A stretch of DNA of 63,394 nt, filler included, from Octopus bimaculoides (Eukaryota), in NCBI RefSeq assembly GCF_001194135.2. It is 7 parts of 6 records of this genome, joined end to end, with 100 filler letters (N's around TTAATTAATTAA, not from the genome) between each part and the next. Parts side by side here need not be neighbours in the genome. Positions count along the whole stretch, not along the records: positions 17,787 to 47,736 come from NC_068986.1; 6 more parts are not named here. One strand, written 5' to 3'. Positions within the stretch are counted from its first letter, which is position 1; each line of letters opens with the position of its first letter. The notes under the pieces are model-generated. The model saw only the letters and a list, made by a program, of their open reading frames with translations. It did no database searches and was not told the DNA's origin. Shown here in pieces: positions 24,473 through 37,245 of this stretch. The position numbers and the translations under genes were made by a program.

Positions 24473-25970
24473 NNNNNNNNNNNNNNNNNNNNNNNNNNNN
24501 NNNNNNNNNNNNNNNNNNNNNNNNNNNNNNNNNNNNNNNNNNNNNNNNNNNNNNNNNNNNNNNNNNNNNNNNNNNNNNNNNNNNNNNNNNNNNNNNNNNN
24601 NNNNNNNNNNNNNNNNNNNNNNNNNNNNNNNNNNNNNNNNNNNNNNNNNNNNNNNNNNNNNNNNNNNNNNNNNNNNNNNNNNNNNNNNNNNNNNNNNNNN
24701 NNNNNNNNNNNNNNNNNNNNNNNNNNNNNNNNNNNNNNNNNNNNNNAGAGAAGGGGAGAGAGAGAGAGGGGGAGAGAGAGAGAGAGAGAGAGAGAGTGAC
24801 TGAGTGTGCGGATGTTATCATGTGCTTGTGTTTATGCCCCTGTTTATATGTGTGATTGTGTATGTGTGTCTGCTAGCATCGGTGCATCTTCAGACCCAGA
24901 ATGTAATTGTGTATGATTTTCCTCATCAGTTAATAGCAAAGATTGGTTCTAGTAGATGACATACAGACACTGGTTTGATCCTTAGTTTATATTAACAATA
25001 TTAACAATAATAACTTTTTAAACTCAACTTCATGCTGGTGGCTCAGGACGAAATATATGACGCGTATTGGGCAATCTGGAATTTTAGCCAGTCGAAAGAG
25101 TAATAGTATTCACGAGAGAACAGAGACAGCTACGTTTTCTGTAACCTAACCAAACTGTGATTTAGTGCTATCTATGTCACTGTACAACTAGAATCATTCT
25201 TATATTCAACACATCGCCAAACTCCTTTCTTCATAGTTGCTTTGTGATGTTCTTACTGTTACAGTGATCGTGTAGGTTGGTATTTATTTTACTACTTTAC
25301 ATTTGTGACGCCATTGCTGTTACTACATCTTCACGAATCCTCCTTTAATAGTTAGCATTTGGAGAATGAGGGGCTAAGATTGTGTTGCCCACAATTACGT
25401 CTCGTGTCGTGATGTTGGTTTGTCCGGGACTGTTGACTGTTGGAAATCCAGTTCTGACGATGTCTGGAGTCTTTCAGAAGCATACTAAAGTGGTATGGCC
25501 TCTTGAATCCCAAGCTATTACAGTATTTGGTATTGTATTTTGACGGCAAATGTAGGATGTTTCGTATTATGAAATGACTCCCCGTTCTTGCGTTAGTACA
25601 AATTTCAGTATCAAAGTTGCTCTATTATTAATCAATATATTAGTGTATTCGGCTTTTTATCTATCAGATTTTTTTCTTTATCTGCGAAATAAATGAATAC
25701 AAATTATGGTATGCACGGACAAACAAAAACAACAAAAATGATAAATAGGCCATAAGAAATATAAATTAAAAATCTCTATTTCACGTGAGAAGTGACTCCT
25801 TATGTATTAGGTAGTCATACATTGCAAGAAACCAGAATACTAGAAAGGGGAGAAAATGCAATTGAAGAGTTATTCATTCGTGTCTGATCTGTCTATTTAT
25901 CAATCTATTCTTTTGTCTCTCTGCCTAACTGTCTGTTTGCCTTTCTATTCTTTATTGGTCTTAATCAAGC

Positions 25971-26039
<69 letters not shown>

Positions 26040-26709
26040 GCAATTATACACCTCTACATTTATCAATCCCTAATTCATCTCCTGTACAGTTGCTCCAATC
26101 CTTGAACAGTACTTAATACTCTCTTACATTCTAGTAAACATAAACAGCCACACCGAATTTTCTGATCAGTCAAAATAACAACTCGGTTGCCACTTTCAGT
26201 AAAACAGTCTATTTCAAGTTTCAAAAGATATTAATATCTGATTCGACAAACAACACAGCTACACAGAGAAAGATGATTTCTTTGTTTGTCGATGTCGTTT
26301 AAGCTCCAGTCACCTCTGATGACGAATACTAATAATCAATGAAGTTATAATTCTTACAATCTTGCCTTATGATAAGACGTTCATGTGTGATTAGAAAGAA
26401 ATTTCAGCCCTTCTTTCAACATGTCGAGCGGCAATGTAGGATCGCCAACATGTTTCCTCATATATCGTTGAACCCTTAAATCGTTTCCGACAGTCCAGTT
26501 GAAACCACCCCGTACTTGTATTTCCTTAGGCATAGTGTATCAATGACTATATTATCCAATGTTCCGGTTTTTTTCTTTTAAAAATAAGACAATAGGTTGT
26601 AATTTGAGAGATTTGCAATTTGGGTGCTGTTTCTAGCCGATCAGTCCACAAACTTTATGTAAACACACTGTCCATGATACTCAACCTGCCGCGTTTCGAT
26701 GATACATCG

Positions 26710-26775
26710 TGCTGGTGCTGCAGTTATTGTTGCCGCTGCTGCAATTGCTGCTGCTGCTGCTGCTACTGCTACTTT

Positions 26776-26806
<31 letters not shown>

Positions 26807-26881
26807 GGTGATGATGAATGGCTATGACAGCGTCAAAGATCATGATGTTGATGATGATGACGGTGATGACGATGATGACGC

Positions 26882-26917
<36 letters not shown>

Positions 26918-26973
26918 GGATGATGATGATGATGATGAATATGACGATGGTGATGATGATGATAACGATGATT

Positions 26974-27004
<31 letters not shown>

Positions 27005-27615
27005 CGATGGTGATGACGATGATGATGATGATTATGATGATGATGATGATNNNNNNNNNNNNNNNNNNNNNNNNNNNNNNNNNNNNNNNNNNNNNNNNNN
27101 NNNNNNNNNNNNNNNNNNNNNNNNNNNNNNNNNNNNNNNNNNNNNNNNNNNNNNNNNNNNNNNNNNNNNNNNNNNNNNNNNNNNNNNNNNNNNNNNNNNN
27201 NNNNNNNNNNNNNNNNNNNNNNNNNNNNNNNNNNNNNNNNNNNNNNNNNNNNNNNNNNNNNNNNNNNNNNNNNNNNNNNNNNNNNNNNNNNNNNNNNNNN
27301 NNNNNNNNNNNNNNNNNNNNNNNNNNNNNNNNNNNNNNNNNNNNNNNNNNNNNNNNNNNNNNNNNNNNNNNNNNNNNNNNNNNNNNNNTGGTGATAGTGG
27401 TGGTCGTGGTGGTGGTAGTGGTGGTCGTCGTCGTCGTCATCGTGATGGTGGTGGTGGTGGTGGTGGTCGTCGTCGTCGTCGGCGTCGTGATGGTGGTGTT
27501 GGTGGTGGTAGTGGTGACCCTCGACGTCGATGTAGCCGTGGTGAGGGGAGAGATGATGGTTGTGGTTTTGGTGATGCAAGTCTTGGTGTTTGCTGTCGTT
27601 GTTGTTGTTGTTATT
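26710..27615. repeat. Trinucleotide repeat block (TGC)n/(GAT)n/gap/(GGT,GTC)n
   Basis: Visible repeats that give homopolymeric ORFs on both strands. Confidence 0.9.
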
Positions 27616-27924
27616 TAGCCCTTGGTCAACTCCAGTTGAGCATACCGAAGATAAAAGATAATGCAGACAAAACCGAAGATCATACATTTTCCAATTTAGA
27701 ATATATATAGATATTTTCTAAATTTGGTTAATCTTCTTTCTTATAACGTCCACTCGTCTTTAGAATGATGCAATAGTTAAACAGAACTGCATCCTTTGCT
27801 TTTTTTATATTTGTTTCTTGTTTTTTTTTTTAAATGCTGAATATTCCGTTGTTGAGATTAGTACACATGGCGTTTGCAGGCTCTTCTAAACCGGTGGGAG
27901 TGATCCCTGTAATACTGGTTCCAA

Positions 27925-28565
27925 ATTTTGTTACACGACTAACAATTTTGAATGAGAAGGTAAGTCGGTTACATCGATCCCAGTGTTCAACTGGTACTTA
28001 TTTTATCGACCCCCGAAACGATGAAAGACAAAAATCAACCTTGGTGGAATTTGAACTCAGAACGTAAGGACGGACGAAATGCCGCTACGCATTTTGCCCG
28101 GCGTGCCGCCTTATTGAAATATAATGTAAGAAGACGAGTAATCCACATACACGTGTCATTTAACGTTATACACAATTAGATGTTTGTACGGTGCTTGGCA
28201 AGCCTAGGTCCATTTAGATCACTAGTACAGTGTATTCTTTTCTATGATAAATAAAAAGTAGGAGAGGCAAAGTTGACTCTGTTGGAATTTGAACGCAGAA
28301 CGTAAAGACAGACGAAATCCTGCCAAGCTTTTTTGCCGGCGTGCTAACGGCTCTGCCAACTTCTCGTCGTGAAAACAGAATAATCTTTTTTACCATAGGT
28401 ACAAGGCCTGAAATTTTGGGAGAGGGAATAAGTCGATTACATCAACCCCAGTCCTTGAGAGGACGAGAAACAAAGTCGACCTCGGTGGAATTTGAACGCA
28501 GAACGTAAAGACGGATGAAATGCTGGTTACCGTTTTTGCCGGCGTGCTAACGGTTCTGCCGAAAC
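27925..28565 (-). mobile_element. Head-to-tail cluster of three group M SINE copies or fragments
   Basis: ggaatttgaac.cagaacgtaa occurs three times (about 28048, 28285, 28488). Confidence 0.85.
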
Positions 28566-28889
28566 CCCGTCGTAAAAATAGACGTAATAATGAAAACGGT
28601 TCATTTGGGAGTTAAATATGCAGCTTAATTCATTTCTCAATTGTTAATCAGTTAAAGAAGACTCGACATTCTTCTAAAAATAACAACCAAATGTCTCTCA
28701 AATCGTGGAAAAGACAATTATTAGTTAATGAAGTTTAGAGGAACTCAATTCTATACACCGAATTCCGACGATTGAACTGATTGGCGGCTAAAGTGACATT
28801 AACTTGAAATAGCACAAACTGGAATAGAACCCAGAATCTCATAATTGCCAAGCGAATTACTTAACCACGCCGAATGTGTGATAGCAACT

Positions 28890-29149
28890 TAGTAGTAGTA
28901 GTAGTAGTAGTACTAGTGGTGGTGGTGGTGGTCGTCGTCGTCGTAGTTGTCGTCGTCGTCGTCGTAGTAGTAGTATTAGTAGTAGTAGTAGCGCATTTAT
29001 GTCTAATTGGAATATAAGGAGAACTTAGAAGACACTTGAGGTGCCGCGCCGTGGAATGGAACCAGAGACCTCATGATTGCTGCTGTTGCTGCTGCCATTG
29101 TTACTACTACTACTGCTACTGCTGCAGCTACTGCCACTACTTCTACTGT

Positions 29150-29211
<62 letters not shown>

Positions 29212-29344
29212 TTCTTAATCATAATAATCGAGTTCCATCCGTTTATATTTCATCTCGGTATGATTTGGTTTCTGTAATTTCCACTCTGATTCCGCTTCTC
29301 CCTGCACCTTCCCCCACCTGCCTTCTTACTACTACTACTACTAT

Positions 29345-29392
<48 letters not shown>

Positions 29393-29427
29393 CACTACTA
29401 TCATTATCATCATCATCATCATCATCA

Positions 29428-29459
<32 letters not shown>

Positions 29460-29490
29460 GTTACTATTATTACAATTTATTATTATTATT
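28890..29490. repeat. (TAG/GTC)n and (ACT)n/(ATC)n/(ATT)n trinucleotide repeats
   Basis: Visible. Confidence 0.9.
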
Positions 29491-29739
29491 AATATTTATA
29501 TTGTTGTTGTTATTACGTTGATATTTTACTTCTAGCTTTTGTTTTAGTTTTTTGTTTTGTTTAGTTTTGTTTTTGTTCTTAACATTTCTGTTCTTCAAAA
29601 CCATTAACACCTCAAAGACATTTCAGAAATGATACCATCTGACAAAATTCTGGAATGGTCGAAACAGTGTAATTCATATAATTATTAAAAGGATAGTCAG
29701 CTTATCAGTCTTCAACCCTATGTCTTTGAAGATTACCTC

Positions 29740-30240
29740 ACACACATACACACACACACGCACACACACACACACACACAGAGTCACGCACATACAGATA
29801 CACAAACGCGAGCGCACACATACCCACACACGTACATACACAGCTAAGACACATCAATACGAAAACAAACACATAACACACACACACACACATTTACACA
29901 CACACACACATTTACACACAGACACACACACACACATTTACACACACACATATTTACACACACACATTTACACACACACACATTTACACACACACACACA
30001 CATACACACACATTTACACACACACACACACATTTACACACACACACACATTTACACACACACACATTTACACACACACACACACATACACACACATTTA
30101 CACACACACACATTTACACACACACACACACATTTACACACACACACACACATTTACACACACACACATTTACACACACATTTACACACACACATTTACA
30201 CACACACATTTACACACACACACATTTACACACACACACT
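29740..30240. repeat. (CA)n-ttta cryptic minisatellite
   Basis: Repeating cacacattta with a variable number of CA units. Confidence 0.9.
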
Positions 30241-30808
30241 CGATACTCACATAATTCATAACACACATACACATGCATGCACATCACTACCACCGCCACT
30301 AACTCCACCACTTCCACCACCGCCTATAACAACAACATCAACCAGCAACAACATTAGGAATACGAACAGCAATTCCAAGAACGGCAACAACAACAACAAC
30401 ATCAACCAGCAACAATAACTACAACAACAGCAACAATAAAAATACATATTAAACAGTAAAATGATGATAATAAAAATTAAAAGAAAAACGTAACAAAGGC
30501 TCCAATAAATAAAATCATAAAAGCATCAAAAATAAGACAAAAAAAAGGAGAAAAGGAGAAAAAGAAGACGAAGAATTTCGTGGCATATCGCTTAAGATTT
30601 CAATTAAATTGCTTTAAGTTTAATTAAAAGATCATTTTGTTGCTCTGGAGCATTGATTTGTACCCACGTGACTTACACTCGATATTCGAAGTTCTCTTTC
30701 ACCCATCAGTCTGAAAACTCTGATCAAATATATACACACGTATGTACAGACACACACAAACACACACACGTAAACACATTCATACATATATTCATACCTG
30801 TGCTTTTA

Positions 30809-30844
<36 letters not shown>

Positions 30845-30889
30845 CACACTCACACACACACACACACACTCATATATATATTTCTCTTT

Positions 30890-31075
30890 TCTTTTCCTAT
30901 TACATGTTTCAGTCATTTGACTGTGGCCATGCTGGAACACCGCCTTTACTCAAGCACATTGACCCCCAGGACTTATTCTTTGCAAGCCTAGTACTTATTC
31001 TATCGGTCACTTTTCCCGAATCGCTAGGTTACGGAGATGTAAATACACCAATATCAGTTGTCAAACACAGACGCA
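30890..31075 (-). mobile_element. SINE group 3 3' module
   Basis: Reverse complement of ...gtaacctagcgattcggg...aagaataagtcctggggtc...ggcggtgttccagcatggccacagtcaaatgactgaaac. Confidence 0.8.
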
Positions 31076-31078
31076 CTA

Positions 31079-31156
<78 letters not shown>

Positions 31157-31186
31157 TTGTGTGTATGTGTGTGTGTATATATATAT

Positions 31187-31236
<50 letters not shown>

Positions 31237-31262
31237 TTATTTATTTATTTATATGTATATAT

Positions 31263-31502
31263 GTGGCGCGTGGCTTAGTGGTTAGGGTGTCAGCATCATG
31301 ATCGTAAGATTGTGGTTTCGACTCCTGGACAGGGTGACGCGTTGTGTTCTTGAGCAGAACACTTTATTTCACGTTCCTCCAGTCCATTCAGCTGGCAAAA
31401 ATGAGTAACGTATGTGTTCCCCCGTCTAGCTGGGGAACACATACGCCATTGAAACCGGGAAACCGGGCCCATGAGCCTGGTTAGGCTTTAAAAGGGCGCA
31501 AT
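31263..31502 (+). mobile_element. Group V SINE with an internal quasi-palindrome replacing part of the core
   Basis: Aligns with 7090-7340 except at 31409-31431. Confidence 0.85.
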
Positions 31503-31869
31503 TGAGGAAATCAGCTCGATGTACTTTTGCCGGTCTACAGCTCAAACTTTACATACTGTCAATGACGCAATTGAATCTCATTTAGAAAATAAAATTTTCA
31601 CAGTTAATTTGGCTGAGAGTAGCATTTAAGAAAAATGTTTTTCAATGGCATTGAAGAAAACCTTGGATTGTAGGCCGGTAGAAGTACATCAAACTGATTT
31701 ACCCAATTGTGAATAAGTTGAAGTGAATTTGTAGTTTAATCACCAGGAGAAAGAATAAGGCTTGTGGTCTCCCTCAATGTTTATTACGTACGTTAATGCC
31801 TCGATATAAGAGGGGAGTAGTTATCCTCAGAGCAGAGACTTACCTCGAATATTTACCACGGGACGTCGT

Positions 31870-32128
31870 TAAAAGTTCCCGGTTTCTAAGGCGTATGTGT
31901 TCCCCCGCCAGCTGGACGGGACGCCAGTCCATCGCAGCGTTACTCGAGAAACAGTGAGAGAAAGTTGGTGCGAAAGAGTATAACAGGGGTCGCCAACACC
32001 CCTGCTAGAACCTCGTGGAGCTTTAGGTGTTTGCGCTCAATAAACACACACAACGCCCGGTCTGGGAATCGAAACCGCAATCCTCCGACTGCGAGTGCGC
32101 CACCCGAACCAATGGGCCATTGTGCCTC
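31870..32128 (-). mobile_element. Group V-related SINE subfamily
   Basis: Head gcacaatggcccattggttcgggtg...gtttcgattcccagaccgggcg; core gctgcgatggactggcgtcccgtccag. Confidence 0.8.
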
Positions 32129-32177
32129 CACAAAGGAAGCACTACCCGGAAATAAATAACTGTTGTCTATTTTGTAG

Positions 32178-32266
32178 CTTCCAGATTTTACATTAAATTC
32201 GAAGTGGGCTGATGTCTGGAAAATAAGGGACTCCGCCATTTTGCTTTTTCCTATATGCCTTCTCTG
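32178..32266 (+). CDS. Putative internal exon (phase 0-2)
   Basis: Acceptor gtctattttgtag, donor gtaact; LPDFTLNSKWADVWKIRDSAILLFPICLL. Phase-compatible with the 12554-12727 exon. Confidence 0.4.
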
Positions 32267-33519
32267 GTAACTAAGTCTTCGGTGGTATCGCAATAATGGA
32301 ATGGATTTATAGATTTACCAGATAGTAACAACGTCAATAAAAGAGCTTTTACGAGATTTTTTGGGCCAGCTAGAAATAGCTGTTGAAAATTGTTAAAAAT
32401 TAAAGGCCACAATAGATAATATGTGCCGTAATATTCGAAACAAGTGGAAGGTCTTTAATGCAAGCGTTACTCAGTCATTACTGAAATGAAGTTAAGCAAT
32501 AGCAATAACAAGATTCCAAAATGAAATATGGTAACCGAGAAGATTTAAGCCTGTGATATTTATTAAACAAAAAGCTAAAATAAAAAAAAGCAGAAGAAAT
32601 TCCCAAACAAAAAAAACAAAAGCGCAAAATAACAAATAACCCGGAGTTGTCGATTGGTGGGGGATGGTGATGGTGTATATGTGTGCATGTGTGTACGTGT
32701 CTTCAGTGTGTTTATGTTGAGTATTATCATTAATAAAGCACGTTAGCAGTTTATCTCAAATCTGCACAGCGTAGAATTATAAATAAAACTATTTATCACT
32801 TAGTGTTTGGAAACATCCATTAGATTTTCTTCATTAGCCAAGCTATTAAAAAATAAATATTCCTAATACTTACCACACACATACAAATATATATACATAC
32901 GCGCACACATATATACACACACATGCACATATATACATTAACACATACACATATATATATATACACATGCACACACACGCATATACAAACACGCATGGAT
33001 AAGCACAACACACTCATACTCACAAATTATCACCATGTAGGTACACACACAATCACCATGTATGTGTTACGTCCAAGATACTCGAGAAGTACTTTGAGAA
33101 TATTTGTATTTTTGCAAAAGGTGACTTACCAAAAACAAAATTTAATGGATTCCACCCACATATGTTCCATGAACTAGGTCAAACCTTTCGTTAAACATTA
33201 TATTTCATTCTATTCACATGTATTTAATTTCTAACTCTTTAACCCTACCAAAACTGTGTGCTTTTCTGAAATTCCCTGCTTTTTAACAACCATATCCTTA
33301 CCTTTGAAAGTTACTGGAACCAACGTGGGAGCCTCTAGATCAGTATTGGGGTTACTATGATGCGTTTATCAACAGTGACACTTCGCATAGTTTGAGGTGA
33401 CATACGATGGGCTTTTATAAAAAGATATCTTTCAGCAGCATCATGTCATAAGTTTCTATGTAGGTGCGCAACCATAGCTGTGTAGTTAAAAAGATTTCTT
33501 TGCTGTTACGCAGAAAAAT

Positions 33520-33722
33520 ATAAAAAGATATTGGTTTCAAATTTTGGCACATGGGTAGTGATTTCGGGGAAAGAGATAAGTCGATTACATCGACCCTAGC
33601 ATTCAACTGGTATTTATTTTATTGACCTCGGTGGAATCTGAAATCAGAACGTAAAAAGGGATGAAATGAACGCTAAGCATTTTGCCTGGTGTGTGATGAA
33701 TTCTACCAGCTCGCAACCTTAT
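33520..33722 (-). mobile_element. SINE group M, tail A, diverged
   Basis: aagtcgattacatcgacc...gacctcggtggaatctgaaatcagaacg. Confidence 0.8.
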
Positions 33723-34120
33723 AACTGCGAAGATATTACGACCCATTAAACACTATCACATAGAGCAGAACCACTTAGATTAACATCTCTACCATCCCCA
33801 CTATTATTGCAACACTAGGAATGCATAGAAAAGAGGTGGGGTTGAAATAGGAGGACGGAAGGACAAGGGGAGTAGAGCAGCCATCGGAATGAGTTAATGT
33901 CAGATCTGTAAATGTCAACAGTAAACAGAAGTACAGAAAGTTATGGATATTCCAGTTGTATATCGATTGTATGAGATAAGCACACACACACACACGCACA
34001 ATATAAACAAATATGTATGTTTTATACACATATACAAACATACATACATGGATACACACATACACACACACACACACACACACGCACACACACACACACG
34101 CATACACACACGCACATATA

Positions 34121-35095
34121 CAGGGTGTGGTGAATATATTGTCGTTTTAATTACGCAAAAATAAAAATTTTGACAGATATATTTACCAAAATTATATAAG
34201 AATATTTCGGAATACTAAAGAATAAATCTATTCAATAACATCGTCATTGGCTTCAACCACAGTCTCAAGGCGACTTCAGAATCTTCTGCAACTCTTCTGA
34301 ACGGTCTCCTAGTTTAAGTTGTTGAATGCGGCCATATTTGCCTTCAGTTCATCTTTGTTGTTGCAAGGCGCTTTGTCGGCCTCTCGCGCAACTGTGCCCC
34401 TCACATGATAATCAAGGGTGTTGCAGTTTGGGGAGTTATGTGGCCAGATGTTAGCGGCGATGCGGTCGCACAAATTTTCTGACAGCCATGACTGGGTTTG
34501 CTTACCTGTATGGCATGGTGCAGAGTCCTGTTGCCAGAGATAGGGTCTTCCAGCAGCCACTCTCTTGACCCAGGGCAGCACTATTTCTTCCAGGCACCTG
34601 ATGCCGTGCTTCATGTAGAGGCTAGGCCTTGTGGGAAGATGAATAGAGGCATAACGTCGCCATCACTAGTGATCACTCCAAACACCATGATGTTAACTGG
34701 ATGTTTGCTTTTTATCACTCTCGGTACATATTTTGGGAACACGGTAAGCCAACGGTTGCTCTGTGTGTTCACCATTTGATCCTGGCAGAAATTTTTCTCG
34801 TCTGAGAAAAACCAAATCATGTTCAGTTGGAGAGGAAGCTTTAGTTTGTTCAAAAGCTTGGTAGCGCGGTCTTTCCTCTTGTTCTTGATAGGTTGGGATA
34901 AAAATTGACTGTTTCTCATCTTATATGAGGAATACCGAATGTCTTCATGCACTACCTGCCTGATAAGAAACTCATACACTCCCATGTCCCTGGCAGTGGA
35001 ACTGATTGACTTGCAAATATCATTGTCAATCATGGCCTGAATATCTCCAACAAACTCAGGAGTTCTTTTTCTTATCAGAACGATCAGAATTGAGT
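34121..35095 (-). mobile_element. Tc1/mariner maT (DD37D) transposon remnant; pseudogenised transposase and one TIR
   Basis: TA|CAGGGTG terminus at 34119-34127. Motifs WFFSDEKNF, VMVFGVITSDG and QQDSAPCH-...-NTLDY, with 37 residues counted between D2 and D3. Frameshift near 34612. Confidence 0.9.
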
Positions 35096-35097
35096 TT

Positions 35098-35581
35098 TCC
35101 GAGCAGCTGTACCATCATAATCCCCATTAGACCCATCCAGCTCTTTCAGAATCCTCTGCACTGTCCTCAGATTGACATCCAAACACTCTGAAATGGTCGT
35201 ATTGGAGCTTCCGGCGCGAATACCAAACAGTACAGAATGTCGTTTCCAAATTTTTGGAAGAGTACCTTGTACTTATGTGAGATGCAGTAGACGGTACCCT
35301 TGGTACCATACAGTGGTGACCTGTGCGGGCATTCGTGCAGTTCTTGATGTCAAAGTTTGGTACCAGTCCTTCCAGTATTTTCCATATGTATATTATTACA
35401 TATCTCTCCCGCCTGCGCTCCAGGGAGTAGAGACCTATTTCCATCAGTCGGTCCCTGTAGTTCATCTGTTGGACTGTGGCGATCTTTTTTGTATAGTGAC
35501 GCTGAATTGCCTCGAGTTCTGCTGTCCGCTTGACACTGTGTGGTGACTACAACTGGGAGCAATAGTCTAGGCGGCTCAGAA
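35098..35581 (-). mobile_element. 5'-truncated CR1/L2-type LINE, ORF2 C-terminal remnant
   Basis: VLSRLDYCSQL*SPH...ELEAIQRHYTKKI...MNYRDRLMEIGLYSLERRRERYVIIYIWKILEG matches the CR1-group post-RT motif (LEYCS..WSP...LE..QR..TK...Y..RL..L.L.SLE.RR). Confidence 0.8.
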
Positions 35582-37144
35582 CAAATATATATATATATTA
35601 TTTAAAAGAGTTCCAACTCTGTTTTTTATGTTTTATTTATATTCTTATAAAATTAATGTGGGATATAGAATATAGAATATATAATATGAGTAGTAAAATG
35701 AAATGAATTATTGAATGTCTTATTGAATATATGAAATATTGAGTATTAAATATATATATAGGGGCTAGTATACTTTCCTGCTTCATAACAGTCATCAAGG
35801 TCCCGTCTGACAGATACACGCACATATCAATATACATATATACATGCACATGCACTCACACACATATTTACACACACACACACACACATATATGGAAAGA
35901 GAGAGAAAGAGGGAAAGGAGAGGGATTACAGATTTTGTTTTATTCTAAGATATCTGATTTGGTAGTAAGTCAAATTAATCATAATAATGACAGTGAAATT
36001 TCTTTTGAAAATGTAGATTACTATATTCTCCTTGACTCTGAAAACATTCTCAGGTAGGTAGGTCAGTGCCTCCACTTTTCCACTGTATGATATGAGTAAG
36101 GAATTTCCACTTGTCATATCTTCCCATTTGGTAGAAGTTTGAGAACATATGATACACTCGACAAACATCATTTTTTAATCTTTCAGTTATAAGGAAAATA
36201 CTTAAACTCTTTTGAGAGGTGGTCAGTCGTTTACATGGTCTCCTGTTCTCAGCTGATACTTATTTTAACGACCCCAGAAGGATGATAAATGAAGATGACC
36301 CCGGTGGATTTTTTCAAATAAAAAAACAAAACAAAGTGTTACACACCTATGTGCTAAGTCACAAATATATTACATTATTATCCTGAAAGAAATTATGTGT
36401 GGATTAGCCTTAAGAAAAAGATATGCGGGTGAAAGAATAGTATTTAAATCAGATTAAATTGATTTACAAAAATAAATAAACCTTCATATTCGAAAAATAT
36501 TCTAACCAAAGCAAAGAAAATTTAAATTAAACAACTTGCAAAAATAAGCTTGCTTTGCAGTACAAAGAAACATGATAATTTCGACCACACACACGCACAC
36601 ACACAAATGAAAGGCATCAGAATAATAAAGAATAAAAGCAAAATATATAACTGAACTAAACTGACCACGCACGTTCCCACAGACAACAACTATAGACAAT
36701 GAGCAAAGCCACAACTAAAAGAAATTCTTTAATCTACCCGGCAAAATAAACAGAGAAATACCATAGAATATAACAGATTAATTATAGTGAACTGCATGGG
36801 TAGTCGAAAATAAATAATATACAGGGAAAAAAAATAACTGACCACAACAAAGGCAATCACCACGGAACAATGGAAACACCACCCTGAAGCTAAGGATAAA
36901 TAAACAAACGCAGGAAATAATATCCAAGTACAATCAGAATCCTTTTAAAAAAAGGTAAAAGTAATTCCATAGAAACACACACGAATAGTGATATGCTTGA
37001 TAATTTAATTTAGTCAGGAGTCGTTACTGTGTCTAAGAGGTTATCAGGTTCGATTGTAATATAGATAGTCAGTTTTGTGCTAATCCCTGTAAAGAGCAGG
37101 CAGAAAAAACAAAAAACAAAATAAATACGAAATAAACTCAACAA

Positions 37145-37149
37145 ATGAT

Positions 37150-37244
<95 letters not shown>

Positions 37245-37245
37245 A
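37145..37245. repeat. (TAA)n microsatellite
   Basis: Visible; no R4 insertion in this one. Confidence 0.95.

Noticed and set aside
26709-27710. Poly-Asp/Met/His ORFs
   Set aside because: Trinucleotide repeats open in several frames on both strands and span Ns; there are no splice or domain cues.
31940-32293. 117-aa - strand ORF
   Set aside because: Mostly a translation of a SINE.
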